Shown: positions 35,349-45,925 of the stretch, piece after piece
Layout: each line of letters begins with the position of its first letter
How positions within the stretch are numbered: the stretch's first letter is position 1
Notes under the pieces: model-generated
What the model saw: only the letters and a program-made list of their open reading frames with translations
Told to the model about the DNA's origin: nothing
The model's database searches: none
Made by a program: the position numbers and the translations under genes
Source: Raillietiella orientalis
Taxonomy: Eukaryota
Direction of reading: 5' to 3'
Assembly: GCA_036172245.1 (NCBI GenBank)
Contig: JAYWIR010000005.1
Location: 2,976,001-3,040,000 of the forward strand
DNA length: 64,000 nt

Positions 35349-38300
35349 AACAAGTGGAAACAGCGCACGGGGCATCAGATTAGATTTTATTAGAAAACAG
35401 CTAAGACCTGGAGAAAATCTTTTCTCGTTTTGAAGACTTGAGAACTCATTGAGAAGAATTGCAAATTACCTACCCGATAGAGTTTATCTTATATGTTGGT
35501 TTTCTTTGTCTTTTCAGGATCTGGAAAAGTCATGCTGCTGCATGGTAATGAAGCACCAAGTACGAAAAGGTCTACGTTTTCCTTTCGCTACTGAAATTCT
35601 AGCTTTTGCAAAGTTTCAAAAATGGATCAAACTACTGAGATTCGCTTTAGTCTTCAGTGAGAAAATGCGTGATTGAAATAAAAATGGAAAGCGGAATAAG
35701 AGAGGCGGCAACGGAATGGGAAAATAAAAGTTCCCATTCCCAACAGCAAGCTGAGTATTTGACTAATCTTGTGACTCCGACATTTTGAGATTTTCTTTGG
35801 GTTCTTAATGTTTAATTGGTATTATCCTGGGCAACGTATCCGTCTGCTCTCCCAGAACTCTTCCAAAACCATCCCGCTCTCAAGGGATGAACATGAATAA
35901 ATGCTTTTCACCCCTTCCCCGTCGATTCCATTCATTTCTTTAACAGGTCAATGAAAGCGGAAACGCCTTCTCCTGCTGCTGTTATCAAGACTAATCAATG
36001 TTGTTAGCACAAGAAAAAAACTGTTGCTATTTGGGTTCCCCCACAAAAGAAACTGATACCCCCGGCACTACACATGTAACTACGAAGAACGTGTAGCAGA
36101 CGGAAGGCCGTAAGTCAAACTTGCTAATGGCGCAAGTGCAGCCAGCAGAGGAATGCATTAGAAAGACGATGAAGCAAAAGCGCTACCGTCAATACGACTA
36201 ACGTCAAACATTCACTCAGCCCCACTGACCCTGAAATTAAAAACCGGGGAAATCAAAAACAAACAAACAAAAAACAACAATGCCAACAGCAACAATGGCA
36301 AACCGGATCTCGAAAACGTCTAAAAAGTGTTCAGAAGGTTTAGCCTAGATCCGTTTTCTCAACAATGGGAGGAACGTCTCCATTGTTGAGAACGTCACAG
36401 GTGTCTGAGTACATATCCGAAAATCCGAGGGCATTTAGAAGATCGTTCCTTACAAGCTTTGATAGCGTGATGAAAATGGACCACTCATAACGAAAGCAGC
36501 ATTTCGACTGGCTCTGCCAAGTTGGAGCTGCAAACTCTGAGTAACATCTGCAGCATTTCCTTATTTGTGAGCAAGATTTGCAAGAGCACCGAGAACCAAG
36601 TTGGGCCTTCCGGACTTTTTAAACTTTAGGCCCCATAACTTCTCCAATGCCACGAGAAACGCCGAAAGCACCCAAAACTTCCAGGGAATGGCATTGCTGG
36701 CTCAGTCATTTCGATCCAGAAGCTCCTAGGAGAAGATTGAAGGAGAGATTGCGGGAAGCACAATTTGCGTTCTGCCGAGCTTCGAGTTTCATGTCGCCTA
36801 TAGGAAGATCCAAACGCGCGAGATCAAATTTGCAGGAGAAGTGCAGCTCCGCTTGAGGAGTTGACCTCGCTGCATTTTTTTCCTTTTCTTTTCTTGCGTT
36901 GGAATCTATCGTAAACCTTTTATTGTACTTCGCTTGCATCTCCATGGATGCAAGTCGGGGATTCAGCATTCGAAGCCATTGAAAAGCGGGACATGTTATG
37001 ACTAAGAAACGCGGGACCTTTTTCCATTGTAAAAGTAGAATGTTCATGGAAGATAGTTCATTCGGGAAATGGCCTTTAGACGGAAGGTTGATTGCTTCGA
37101 CTTCCGTTTTTCTTGCTTCCGATTCAGGGTATGATCAGATCCTGATTGGTGTCTGGATCTCAAATGTGGCCCCATCCTCCCTGTCCTTGATTTTCGATGA
37201 GTCTGAGTGAGCGAGCATCTTTGATCCCCTAAGGCATTCGAAACCTTGGCACTTCAAAATGGAGACCCCATCTTGTTCTTCGGCCGGAACCTTTGGTGTC
37301 TGTGAAACCTGTCTCTTCGCTACCGCGCTGCTTGTAGTGAAGCGTTTCTTATTTTTAGCTTCATCGACAGTGTGCCTGGTTCCAACATTTTTGTTGTGAT
37401 GAGCTCACGAGGACAACCCACGCGGCGCTTACTCGGTTACTACCATTCGTCTCTCCCCGCGCAGTTGGGAGCGCGGATTTCGCGGAATGGAAGGTCGGAA
37501 GATCTTCGAAGGAACCCAGTGAAATTTGCCATGCTGTCACGGAGGACACCAAATACTTTGGACTCTCCAATCTCACATGAAGAAGCGAATGTTATGAAAA
37601 CTTCCGAACATTTCGTTCTGCACTCATCTTGATTACGCTGACCATTGCCATCGATCTCTAAAATGTGATACAAAATCGGATTTCTCTTGAGGTCTTTTCT
37701 TGAGACGGCATGGAAAACAATGAGCACTGAAAGCGGGTTGATACTTCTTATGGCGGAAGAAGCAGAGCGGAGTTCTGGAAATAATGCAACAGAATGGCAC
37801 GGTGACAGAGGAAACCGAGGTCGCCTTGCTGCCTGGTCACCCAGAGGTGGAATCGAACTGCGAACCCCGTGCGAAACTTCGAAACCTCATTTGAGACTCA
37901 ACTTGTATTTCTTGCGTTCTGGGACTGTCTGGCAGGCTTTGCAGGGTGTTAGCAATTAGCAGCACCTGTAGCACGAAATGCCCTACTGGTATTTGCCTAC
38001 CGATAACCGGTTTGTGATCTTCACTCACGTGGCTATCTTTCGTCTTCAGTCTCAGAAAGCCTGCAAGAAGTTCACGATCTTCCCGCAATTCTCCAGTAAT
38101 CGACTCCCACTAGTGATGGATGATGATTTTTTTTTTTTTTCAAACAAAGAACGCCAATTAAAACCATCTGCTGTCTGCACCCCAATGTCCTCACATATTT
38201 ACAGAAAACGCTTTCGAGGACATTTGTACTTTTTCTCTGGTTTGTCCACTGACAACCTTCTGTTGCACGTGGATACGAAGTGTCTTATATTAAATTAGTG

Positions 38301-41300
38301 TCCTATGTCCTTATCCGCTGAGACAAGAAGTCTCAACATCGAAAATTTTCTATTTTTGAGAAAAATTCTCCTAAGACAAACGTCTTAGGAGAATTTTCAG
38401 CCTTCAGTTCAATTCAGTCGCTTCTTCGTTCAACTCACTACTCAGTGATGCCCGGTGGATCAGGCCGTGACGCACAGGATTCATGCGAATCCTGATTTAC
38501 TTGTTTTCTGACTACAAATCATTCCAGATCAGCGATTCGTAGTGTTCCTTCTGAAATTTTCGACTTGATGTTCTTTTTCCTTGAGAGGAGTTTTCTCTCT
38601 TCAAATCGTTTTTCCCACGACTCCTGCATTAATGATGATAAGAAAATCATTAATACGACATCGAAAGCAGTGGCTTGAGGCTCTAGCGACCGATACAACA
38701 GTGTCATCGTTCGAAATGATCCCGCAAGGTCCCATGCAGTGCGAACCGCCTTCATTGCAGGAGAACGTCCCGCTGCCATGCCGAAAAACTGCAAGATGCC
38801 GAACAGCAAGTCGATGAATCCAGCGGATCCATTCTCAGGAATACTATGCTCCGGGTGCTTCTGCTTACTGGAAAATTTTTCGGGGACCTCGAAAAATCCA
38901 AGTCATCCCCCGATGTTCATCAAGTCAAACTTAATTGTCTTCAGCAGGAATCGATCGGTCCGAACTGCGGTTTGAGTCGCTGTTGGGATGAAGCTGCTTC
39001 TCAAGGAAGAAAGGAACAATGGAACCAAGGGAAAAAGCCAGTTAGCCAGAAATGAAAGCACGAGCTCTCAACTGTGTAATCTCAATCGTCTGCTCTTTGT
39101 AAAGTTGCCACGAAACTCCCCGCCCACAACTCCAAGACCTCAGTGCAGTTGCCAGCCGTTTCTTCGTGAGGAGCAGACCTCTATGGCGCTAAGGATACGC
39201 GGAACCCCATCTCCAGCCGTCATCACCGACGCCATTTTCGTGCACTTGCAAAACAAGGAAATGAAAACTGGTGTGACAATCGCCAGAATAATGGGGACTT
39301 CTCTTGACAGATTCCTTCAAAACCAGCAAATCGATGGATTCCGAAGGCGGGCTGCAGAGTTTCCAGAAAAGAAGACGGATGCACAACTGGAGAGCACAGA
39401 TGCTCATGTTGGTTAGTGGGTTTGCCTCCATCACTGTCTTCACAAAAAAAACGTTCAAACTAAGAGAACACGGCAGAAGTGAAGAGAATATTGCCATTCC
39501 ACTACATGAGGGAACTAGAAGAGGGATCTAACAATTTCATCTTGCGCTGGCACAGAATCACTTGTTAGAATGGCTATCCCATTTTTTGCATAAGGACTCT
39601 AGCGGAAAAGTATGAATCCATTTTTTTTTTCTTTTTCCTTTTTCTGGAGTAATGTTCTTCTTCCGAATACCATCGAGACTGCTTCTCAGTAAGTGGTTCG
39701 GAGATCCCGTTTGACTTCGATCCAGACTGTTTTCCTATTACAACAAATGAAAGGTGGGAAGGGTTCGTTTATGTTCAAAAGGACAAACTAATTTCCCTAA
39801 TTTGAACGTTGCCTTCTTCTTCTTAGAATACAGAACAGGAAGAAGAATCACTTCTTATCCATTTGATGTCTCCATTGTGACTACGTGTTTCCGTTTTCGA
39901 GTCACCGACTGGATTCTTTCCCCCTTATTTGAATGCTCTTAGCTAAACTTCTCGCTCCAGTTATGTTAATGCACGTTAAAGGTCCCCGTGTAAGTTTAGG
40001 GAGATGGGTTCAGTGACAGCTACGGAAAACAAGCAGCTAAAAGGGAACACTTGAAAAGAAGCAATGCGGAGGCTCTTTTTGCAGGTTGTGAAAAATGGTG
40101 CTCGGAAGGGTTAGGTTCCTAATTTAAGCATAGGGGTGAAGGTAATTCGTGAGAGGACCCAGAGAAATACAGGAAGCCTGAAATATGGACACCACTGTAA
40201 TAAAGCGAATTCGTGATTCCTGAGATTTTCTAGAGTCACGAGGCAATCGGAAAACCCAGATGGGCTGTGTAGAAGAAATTCCGAACGCTGCTAGAAAATG
40301 CTCAATGACGGTTACTGAAAGGCAGAATCTCTGAGAAGGCAAGTGGCAGCTTAAAACTCCAGGGGAACTCTTCCAACAGAAAGTAACACAGACGGGAAAC
40401 TCACATCTTCCTATGGACACAATTAGTGGACTCGGTTTGCGAACGTTGAACCGCTCTACTCATGAAAAGTGACCAAGGGAATATGACCACCATATGCTTT
40501 GGAAGACACCCATCCGACTGTCCATTAAGCCACAGAAAACACACGTGAAATGAAAGTCTTCAAATCGAATGTCCTCATCACCACGCACGCATTCTCCAGA
40601 TGAATTATTCCACTCGTGAGATCGCCTGCGGCATACAAAAGCACAATGAATGGACGTTTCTCAAGATAGCATCTCGGGTTTCTTCAGGAGACTTTAGTTC
40701 GGGTATACCGCTGACAGAGAACATGATTCTACCAACAGCCTGCTCCAAATGGAGCCTTGCAGATCTATGGAGTTCAAGTAGCTGAAAGGGCAAGCAAACC
40801 TGAATATAGGAAATCAGATAGGCAGTGCTTGGTTAGGTGATTCCATTTCCTGAACGGAAAAAAAAAAAGAGTGGTTTTTCCTTGATCTGGGGCAGTGGTC
40901 TTGGCACAACGGTCGTTTTCAACGAAGAGCTCACCTGACGAGCTGCACAGACTCCGAAGCAGTTTTTAAAATACCACATGGGATGATTCATGCAATCACA
41001 GAAAGTCAATTGTGGACTAGGAAGTGTGAAATCCTCTTCAATCGTGAGCGGGATGCTCACTTGGCTATGTTTGAACGACTCGCTCTTTCAGCACTTAATC
41101 TCCTATCCGTTGCAGAAATGAGCTCCGCGTTTGGAGTAATAAGTGAGAGTACCGCACCGGAGTCCTTTAAAGTCAGTTGGTCTATGCGAGAAGAAACGTT
41201 TTTCGCAGGTTCGCATGTTGGCAGCGTGAAAATAGTGATGTATACGCCGCATCTGTACACTTATTCGTTGTTGGGCATGCGCGACGAGCGGTTGTTTGGC

Positions 41301-44300
41301 ATCGAATTTCCGATGGATAAAATTGAAATCCACGTTTCTAAGGAAGTGGTGCCTGAGGGCACTGCATTTGCTTTGTTTCGAGCTACTTTCCCAGTACCTC
41401 CCATGAATCACTAGCTGGTTACTGTCCCCAGAATTCCACCTAGCGACCACGTAGTGAATTTATGACAGAAGGAAAACAGCAGGCGGTGGCTTCCCTCCGA
41501 ACTGGAGTCTGCATCGAGGAGCTCACGTTGGGTAGTTAACAACGCAAAGTGTTGCATGGACGCGCTGCAGAGTGCCATCGGGGAAAATGCTCATTACAGT
41601 CAAAAGCACGCCACTCCACGTACAGTGGCATTCCTTTTTTGCTTATGCGAAAAGAAGAGGCACGCGCAACACGCACGGGAATCTCACTTGCAATTTTGGT
41701 TTTCATAAACACGTGTGGCAAAAATAGCACCGTGGCTCTTCAGCAACTATTCCAAGTGTCGACAAGATCCGGAAACAAACCGACGCTCAGCAAAACGCCT
41801 TCCGATCAGACAGATTGTACCAAACCCAGGCACCCAGCAACAGAGAACACAAGCACGTGCTGATGCACGGAAGATGCAGATTCGCATCTGCGTGTACCGG
41901 CATCTGGAGTCCTGGAAATGCTGGGTGATGAGCGTTATTTTGAAGATGGACAATGCACCTTTGCATCCCCGAATCAAACCGATGTGTACTGTCCCTTCCT
42001 GTGTGGAGGCATCTCAGTGCGATCTTCCTGAGTAGCAAGGCAAACACGAATATGCTCGAGGCATTCACTCGGCTCTCCCCATCTATCTACCAAAATTCCT
42101 CCTTGCCAGTTGTGTCTTTTTTATCTGGCTTCTAGCGGGGACCAATCAATTTTTGGAAAGGCATTCATCGGTTTTATCAGCGTCATCTTTCCTAAACACC
42201 CAGGTCCAATCCTACACCGTTCATTTCGATATTTTATTCTCTTGGAATCAGTTCAGTGACTTTAAAAGCCGATATGCAGTATCAGAAGAAATTTATTCCG
42301 GCGGTTTCAAATCGGCTGCGGGTGCCTTTGAAAGAGTCCGTGTTCCGCATGAGAGTTCAAATAAACTGCAAGCAGAGGCTTTCAGGACTAGAGAGCTGTT
42401 TCGTGAACATGGTCCAAAAATGCAGATGCAAGGGATGGAAGGCTCGCAAGATGACTTTTTTTTTGAGCTGGTACAGAAGTAACCCTCGGCTTCCCACGAA
42501 TAGGGAAAGTGCCACAGTGGCTGCAGAAATCTGAAAGCCGATTTCCGATCCGATTTCCAAATGGAAGAGAAACGTCGGCAAACATTCCATTCCGTTCTAA
42601 ATTCTTGTTGCCCCCCCCCCCCCCCCACCGAAAGGAGGAGTTTGCTGGTCGGTCGCTTCCAGACCTTTCGGAAGAATCGATGCCGAAGAGCGGCTCACTT
42701 TCGCTTCATTACAGTGCACGAAACATTCAATTACCGATGTCTTTATGCGAAACCTCGAACTCTGCCTTTCCAGGCGAGCTGGTAAGCACGAAATAAGAGA
42801 CCGCTGATGACTGCTGTCTGCTGAAACCCAAGACCATGCAATGCGTAGCTGGAAGCCTAAGCTGCGAATGCTATGAAAATTATGCACAAGCCCTACATTT
42901 TGGACATTACACTATCCTACTGCATTCAAGAGTGCTGCCTACTTCTACTGTTCTATTTTAACTTCCTTTGATAGAAAGAAAAAACAGGAATCAGAGAAGT
43001 TCCTCTTCCTTGCTTGCAGTCGATCGCAGATAGCCACGTGCCTCTTCCTTTGGAACGAAAGAACCTTTGAACGAGACTTTCATGCTTTTTCCTTTGTTTC
43101 TTGATGATGCCCTGTCACCCACCATCTTGCTTTCCTCTAAGAACGAGAAAGCTCGAGGGCAAACACTGAGCTGTTCCGTAAGACTGAGCAGCTCGAAGCG
43201 GGCGAGTGCAAGATGGGTTGGTGGTGGCTAACCCAGCGACCCTCCTCCCGTTGCTTCGTTTCGCCTCAGCGAAACTCCAGGTAACTCGCAGCTTTGCAAC
43301 CACTGCTTTGAGAACGGCGCATGACTCTCTCGCATTCCATCCCCTGGAGCGTTGTTGGCGTCACATAAATATTTCACATTTGAGATTTCTCTGAGGAGGA
43401 CCGGGACTTCATGATTTAAATAACACGCATGTATCATATCTCATGTTCACGTTACGTCACGTTTCGAATCTGTTAAGAGGCAGGAACGGCTTTGCTTTGG
43501 GGTTTTTCCCCAGACAGCCAAGCAGCTCGGGTGACGCATGAGCAGTCCGTGTTCGGCGTGCTATTTGTTACATTTGGCTCCCTTGCTGCATCCGCACCGA
43601 CATCTCTTTCATCTTGAACATCCAATCGAAGCGACTGCATCCACTCTCGGTGTTCGGTCTCGTTTTCCACCATTTCTCCCTTTGCCACGAGCAGCTCACC
43701 GACTCAAGATGGCCTTTTCCAGGGGTTGCCTCTTAAAAGCCGGCTGTGCTCTTGCGGCACCGCTGTGATCGCTGGGCAACCTGAAGACGTGACGAGGTCT
43801 TCTACCACGTAGTCTCCGGCTCGAAATCAACTTCTGGGCTCTCTGGAGCACCTGGAGGAACAAGCAGCGATCCGGAAGCTGCTGATCCAGTGATGGCGCA
43901 GCGTCTTTTCTGCTCCCACTTTGAAGGAACAGTTTGACTCCCTTGTGTGTTCTGGACCGAAGATTGAAAAAGCTCTTCTGCCCTTCTGCCTGATCATTCA
44001 ACGCGCGTGATGACCAGCATTGCATCTGCGATTCTCTGCCGCCACGGAAAAGACAACGTGGTTTTCAAGGGAGAATCTGCAATGGCAACTTGTCCCAGTA
44101 CAGATCCATCGAAATCCGTGCCACCGGTCAATAGGGAGCGTGCCCACTGCAATAATGCAAGCCGGCAAGGCGACGAAGGGTCACACGCCTTTTCCAATCG
44201 CTGCATATAGACGATGGGGTTTGGCTCGCAGTCTTTTCTCTCTCCCCCCTTTGGCTCCTTCCAGCCGGCCAGTCAACCTGGGCGACGACCATTAGAAGGG

Positions 44301-45454
44301 GGTTCGCATATTCCTTTGCATTCATGAAACTCATCTCCCTGCTGACGGATAAGAAAGAGCACGTCAACACTTTCTGATCTACGAGCTCCCATGGGCCGAT
44401 CCACTGCAAAAGTCCCGTGCGCGCTCCACTGCCTCCCACAGACGGGCAGGACCGAGGTGCCGCAGGCGACTCGGTCCTGTCCGCGTCCGTTCTTTCCCTC
44501 TTCGCTGCTTCCAGCCCGCCAGGCCGCAGTCCGCGCGGGTCGTGGGAAGTGGGTAAGGGGGGGAGTTCCGAAAACAGGAGGAGTGGTCTTTCCCCGGACC
44601 AGTCCCTCCCGCCCGCTCCCAGCGGGAGCGCCACTTCCTTCGGCAGCTTCCCCCTCGTCCGAGTTGGCGGCCCGGCGGCGCGCGCCCGCCTCACCGCTAT
44701 TTTTATCCGGACGCGATTCCCGATTGATCGGGCTACATTCCAGGACGGAAGCGCCAAGTTCCGCATCCACGCCCGGGTTCAACACGCCGCCGCCCGGTGC
44801 CGGCTCGCCCCCGCCAGCGCGCGAAGGGGGGGGTTGCGCACGAGGTCGCTGACGAGGTCCGCCGCACCGCCGGCGCCGAAGCGCGCGTCACTTCCGGGGC
44901 TTTCCGCGCTTCCTCTCCGCGCTACCGGTCTCTCCCCTTTCTGTGTTTCGGGTCTCTCGTCCGAGGGTGTCGAGGGGAGGGTCTGCAGGTCGGATCCCCC
45001 CCTTCCTCCTGCCCCTTCCCCCCATCCTTCCGTTTCCCCTTCGGTGTTACCTCTCAAAGGAAGAGGGAACCCTTCTCCTGCCGCCGCGAGCTCCGTAGGT
45101 GCGCAGCTGGCAGGGAGGAACGATCGAGAGTGCGGCTCCCACGGGCAGGACTGGATGGGAAGAGGGGGGTGGCCGTTCCCGGCTTCGCGAGCGCTCTCCC
45201 GCGGTACGCAAAGAGGGAAGGGGGAAGAGACTTCCCAGGGACGAAGAGGCATGCAAACAGATTTCCGGCTTTGCCTTTTTTTTCTTTTCTTTTTTGTTTA
45301 CCTGCAGCAAGGCGACGACCACAGTCGTGTCCTCGTGCTTGACCGCGATGGTGCTGATGGTGGTCGTGTTGCTCCTCCGTTCCGGGCTGTGCACAATCAA
45401 CGAGTCGACGTCGTCGGACTCGGCCGACGACGACAGCGAATCCACTTGGACCAT
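1502..45454 (-). CDS. zormin: Zormin/CCDC141-like (sallimus/titin-family N-terminal) spectrin-repeat plus I-set Ig muscle protein; multi-exon, probably 3'-partial
   Basis: A hand-assembled chain of 31 GT-AG exons keeps one open frame with consistent phases. The N-terminus (TTTISTIAVKHEDTTVVVALLQ|CNGWIQLKFTDLEPQL...VYAAMAESLGKAW) resembles my recollection of the CCDC141/zormin N-terminus. It is followed by spectrin-like helices, a coiled coil, TQT repeats and six Ig domains. Family call is from memory, not a database search. Confidence 0.8.
3281..3544 (-). CDS. Exon 29, second half of Ig 5 and first half of Ig 6
   Basis: cccag| acceptor, ACG|gtaaat donor; EDVGKYTVLARNPAG...QPPRFSRLLKDV...GAPEPT. 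Confidence 0.88.
5328..5922 (-). CDS. Exons 26-28, I-set Ig domain 4 and first half of 5
   Basis: Exons 5770-5922 (LDCVIIGQPEPE), 5548-5728 (VIWYHEG...DAGFYEVVALNSAG) and 5328-5512 (APPKFTNLPEDV...GVPTPVDEWFRN). Confidence 0.88.
8803..9750 (-). CDS. Exons 22-25, I-set Ig domains 1-3
   Basis: Exons 9545-9750, 9193-9495, 8979-9142 and 8803-8931. I-set hallmarks: P.F..PL, G.P.P...W.K.G, D.G.Y/F...A.N..G. Confidence 0.9.
9881..11154 (-). CDS. Exon 21 (1274 nt): TQT-repeat region plus start of Ig domain 1
   Basis: Covers the longest ORF in the track (9877..11184). tttcag| acceptor, CG|gtgaga donor; ends QAPKFIQPLHDSNVDEGMKITLQCR. Confidence 0.9.
10084..11028 (-). repeat. Coding repeat, 23-aa (69-nt) period, 15 TQT/SQT/VQT-type motifs
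   Basis: Motifs at ORF residues 53, 76, 109, 132, 155, 178, 201, 224, 237, 250, 273, 296, 319, 342 and 365. Spacing is 23 aa except one gap of 33 and two of 13. Confidence 0.9.
11282..11789 (-). CDS. Exons 18-20, Ala/Glu/Lys-rich coiled coil built from 42-aa exon repeats
   Basis: Exons 11664-11789, 11492-11617 and 11282-11446; all phase 0-0 with mutually alignable peptides. Confidence 0.8.
12517..14244 (-). CDS. Exons 11-17, spectrin-like/helical repeats
   Basis: Exons 14058-14244, 13856-13995, 13639-13809, 13241-13513, 12939-13130, 12711-12897 and 12517-12662 (e.g. FFEQLNK|AEHWLREGSKMLIKVARRS). Phases are consistent. Confidence 0.8.
16520..18862 (-). CDS. Exons 4-10, spectrin-like repeats
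   Basis: Exons 18615-18862, 18317-18570, 17652-17858, 17440-17610, 17134-17385, 16747-17091 and about 16520-16696. GT-AG borders and phases are consistent. The acceptors of exons 8 and 10 are the least certain. Confidence 0.8.
24372..25143 (+). pseudogene. GC-rich degraded ORF, possible mobile-element relic in intron 3
   Basis: Protein-like reading runs across in-frame stops and a frameshift; no recognisable domain or termini. Confidence 0.25.
25958..26136 (-). CDS. Exon 3 (KRRVPVEELLQEADQL...VYAAMAESLGKAW...SFFR), spectrin-like repeat
   Basis: tttag| acceptor, AG|gtattt donor, phase 0-2; helical repeat with the characteristic Trp. Confidence 0.85.
30112..30234 (-). CDS. Exon 2 (CNGWIQLKFTDLEPQL...HVMNELQ)
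   Basis: ttccag| acceptor, CAG|gtaatt donor, 123 nt, phase 0-0. Continues the CCDC141-like N-terminus after a 15 kb intron. Confidence 0.85.
31108..31178. repeat. Inverted repeat: 29-bp arms, 1 mismatch, 13-nt spacer
   Basis: gtcttttttgaaggaagatcttccttaga ... tctaaggaagattttccttcaaaaaagac. Confidence 0.9.
35313..35344 (+). repeat. Poly-T tract
   Basis: Homopolymer of roughly 30 T in intron 1. Confidence 0.85.
38362..38397. repeat. Perfect inverted repeat: 16-bp arms, 4-nt loop
   Basis: aaaattctcctaagac aaac gtcttaggagaatttt. Confidence 0.9.
45302..45454 (-). CDS. Coding exon 1 (MVQVDS...TTVVVALLQ), 51 codons
   Basis: ATG at 45454; donor CAG|gtaaac at 45301; phase 0; lies in a GC-rich island. 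An upstream exon or start cannot be excluded. Confidence 0.75.
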
Positions 45455-45685
45455 CGCGCTTTCGCTCTTCAGACACTTTTGGGAACCGAAACCTCCGCGG
45501 GGAGCAGCGGCACCGCCACCATCGCTTTTCTTCCTCCCTTCCTCCCGCCTCGACAGACGGAAGAAGGACGGCGCACTCGGAGCAAGAAAATTCGGTCGGT
45601 GACGTGCTCCCCCCGACACTGGCTGGTTATGACGGGATCTTCCGCGATCCTTTCCGTACCACAATCCAGGTGACTTTACAGGGTC

Positions 45686-45695
45686 CTAAATATAG
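45686..45695. promoter_or_regulatory. MEF2 consensus site CTAAATATAG
   Basis: Exact match to CTA(A/T)4TAG, about 230 nt upstream of the exon 1 ATG of a muscle-type gene. Confidence 0.55.
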
Positions 45696-45902
45696 TGCAG
45701 CGAAGGCGAATTTTCGGGCTTAAGTAGGTGGAGGCGGGAGTATTCTTAGGACGGGATCCTGCCGCACCCGCGTGTGTTCCCTCGCGGAGCAGTGTGGAGC
45801 CTGTGGCGCGCGGTGGTTGGGATCGCAGAGCACGTTTTCCTATCGGGCAGCAGCCAGCGGTCGTTGGAGCCGCGGCAAAAAGCAGCTACGAAAAAAAAGA
45901 GC

Positions 45903-45925
45903 GAGAGAGAGAGAGAGAGAGAGAG
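45903..45925 (+). repeat. (GA)n microsatellite, possible GAGA-factor element
   Basis: Uninterrupted GA dinucleotide run about 450 nt upstream of the ATG. Confidence 0.7.

Noticed and set aside
42252..42470. FKSRYAVSEEIYSGGF resembling the start of a protein kinase domain
   Set aside because: Incomplete glycine loop and no VAIK, HRD or DFG motifs nearby.
42611..42626. C16 homopolymer as a G-quadruplex element
   Set aside because: Homopolymers are common throughout the window and there is no supporting context.
44417..45673. 418-aa plus-strand ORF and many overlapping ORFs at 44-47 kb
   Set aside because: Stop-poor GC-rich island. The peptides are low-complexity in all frames and overlap the real minus-strand exon 1.
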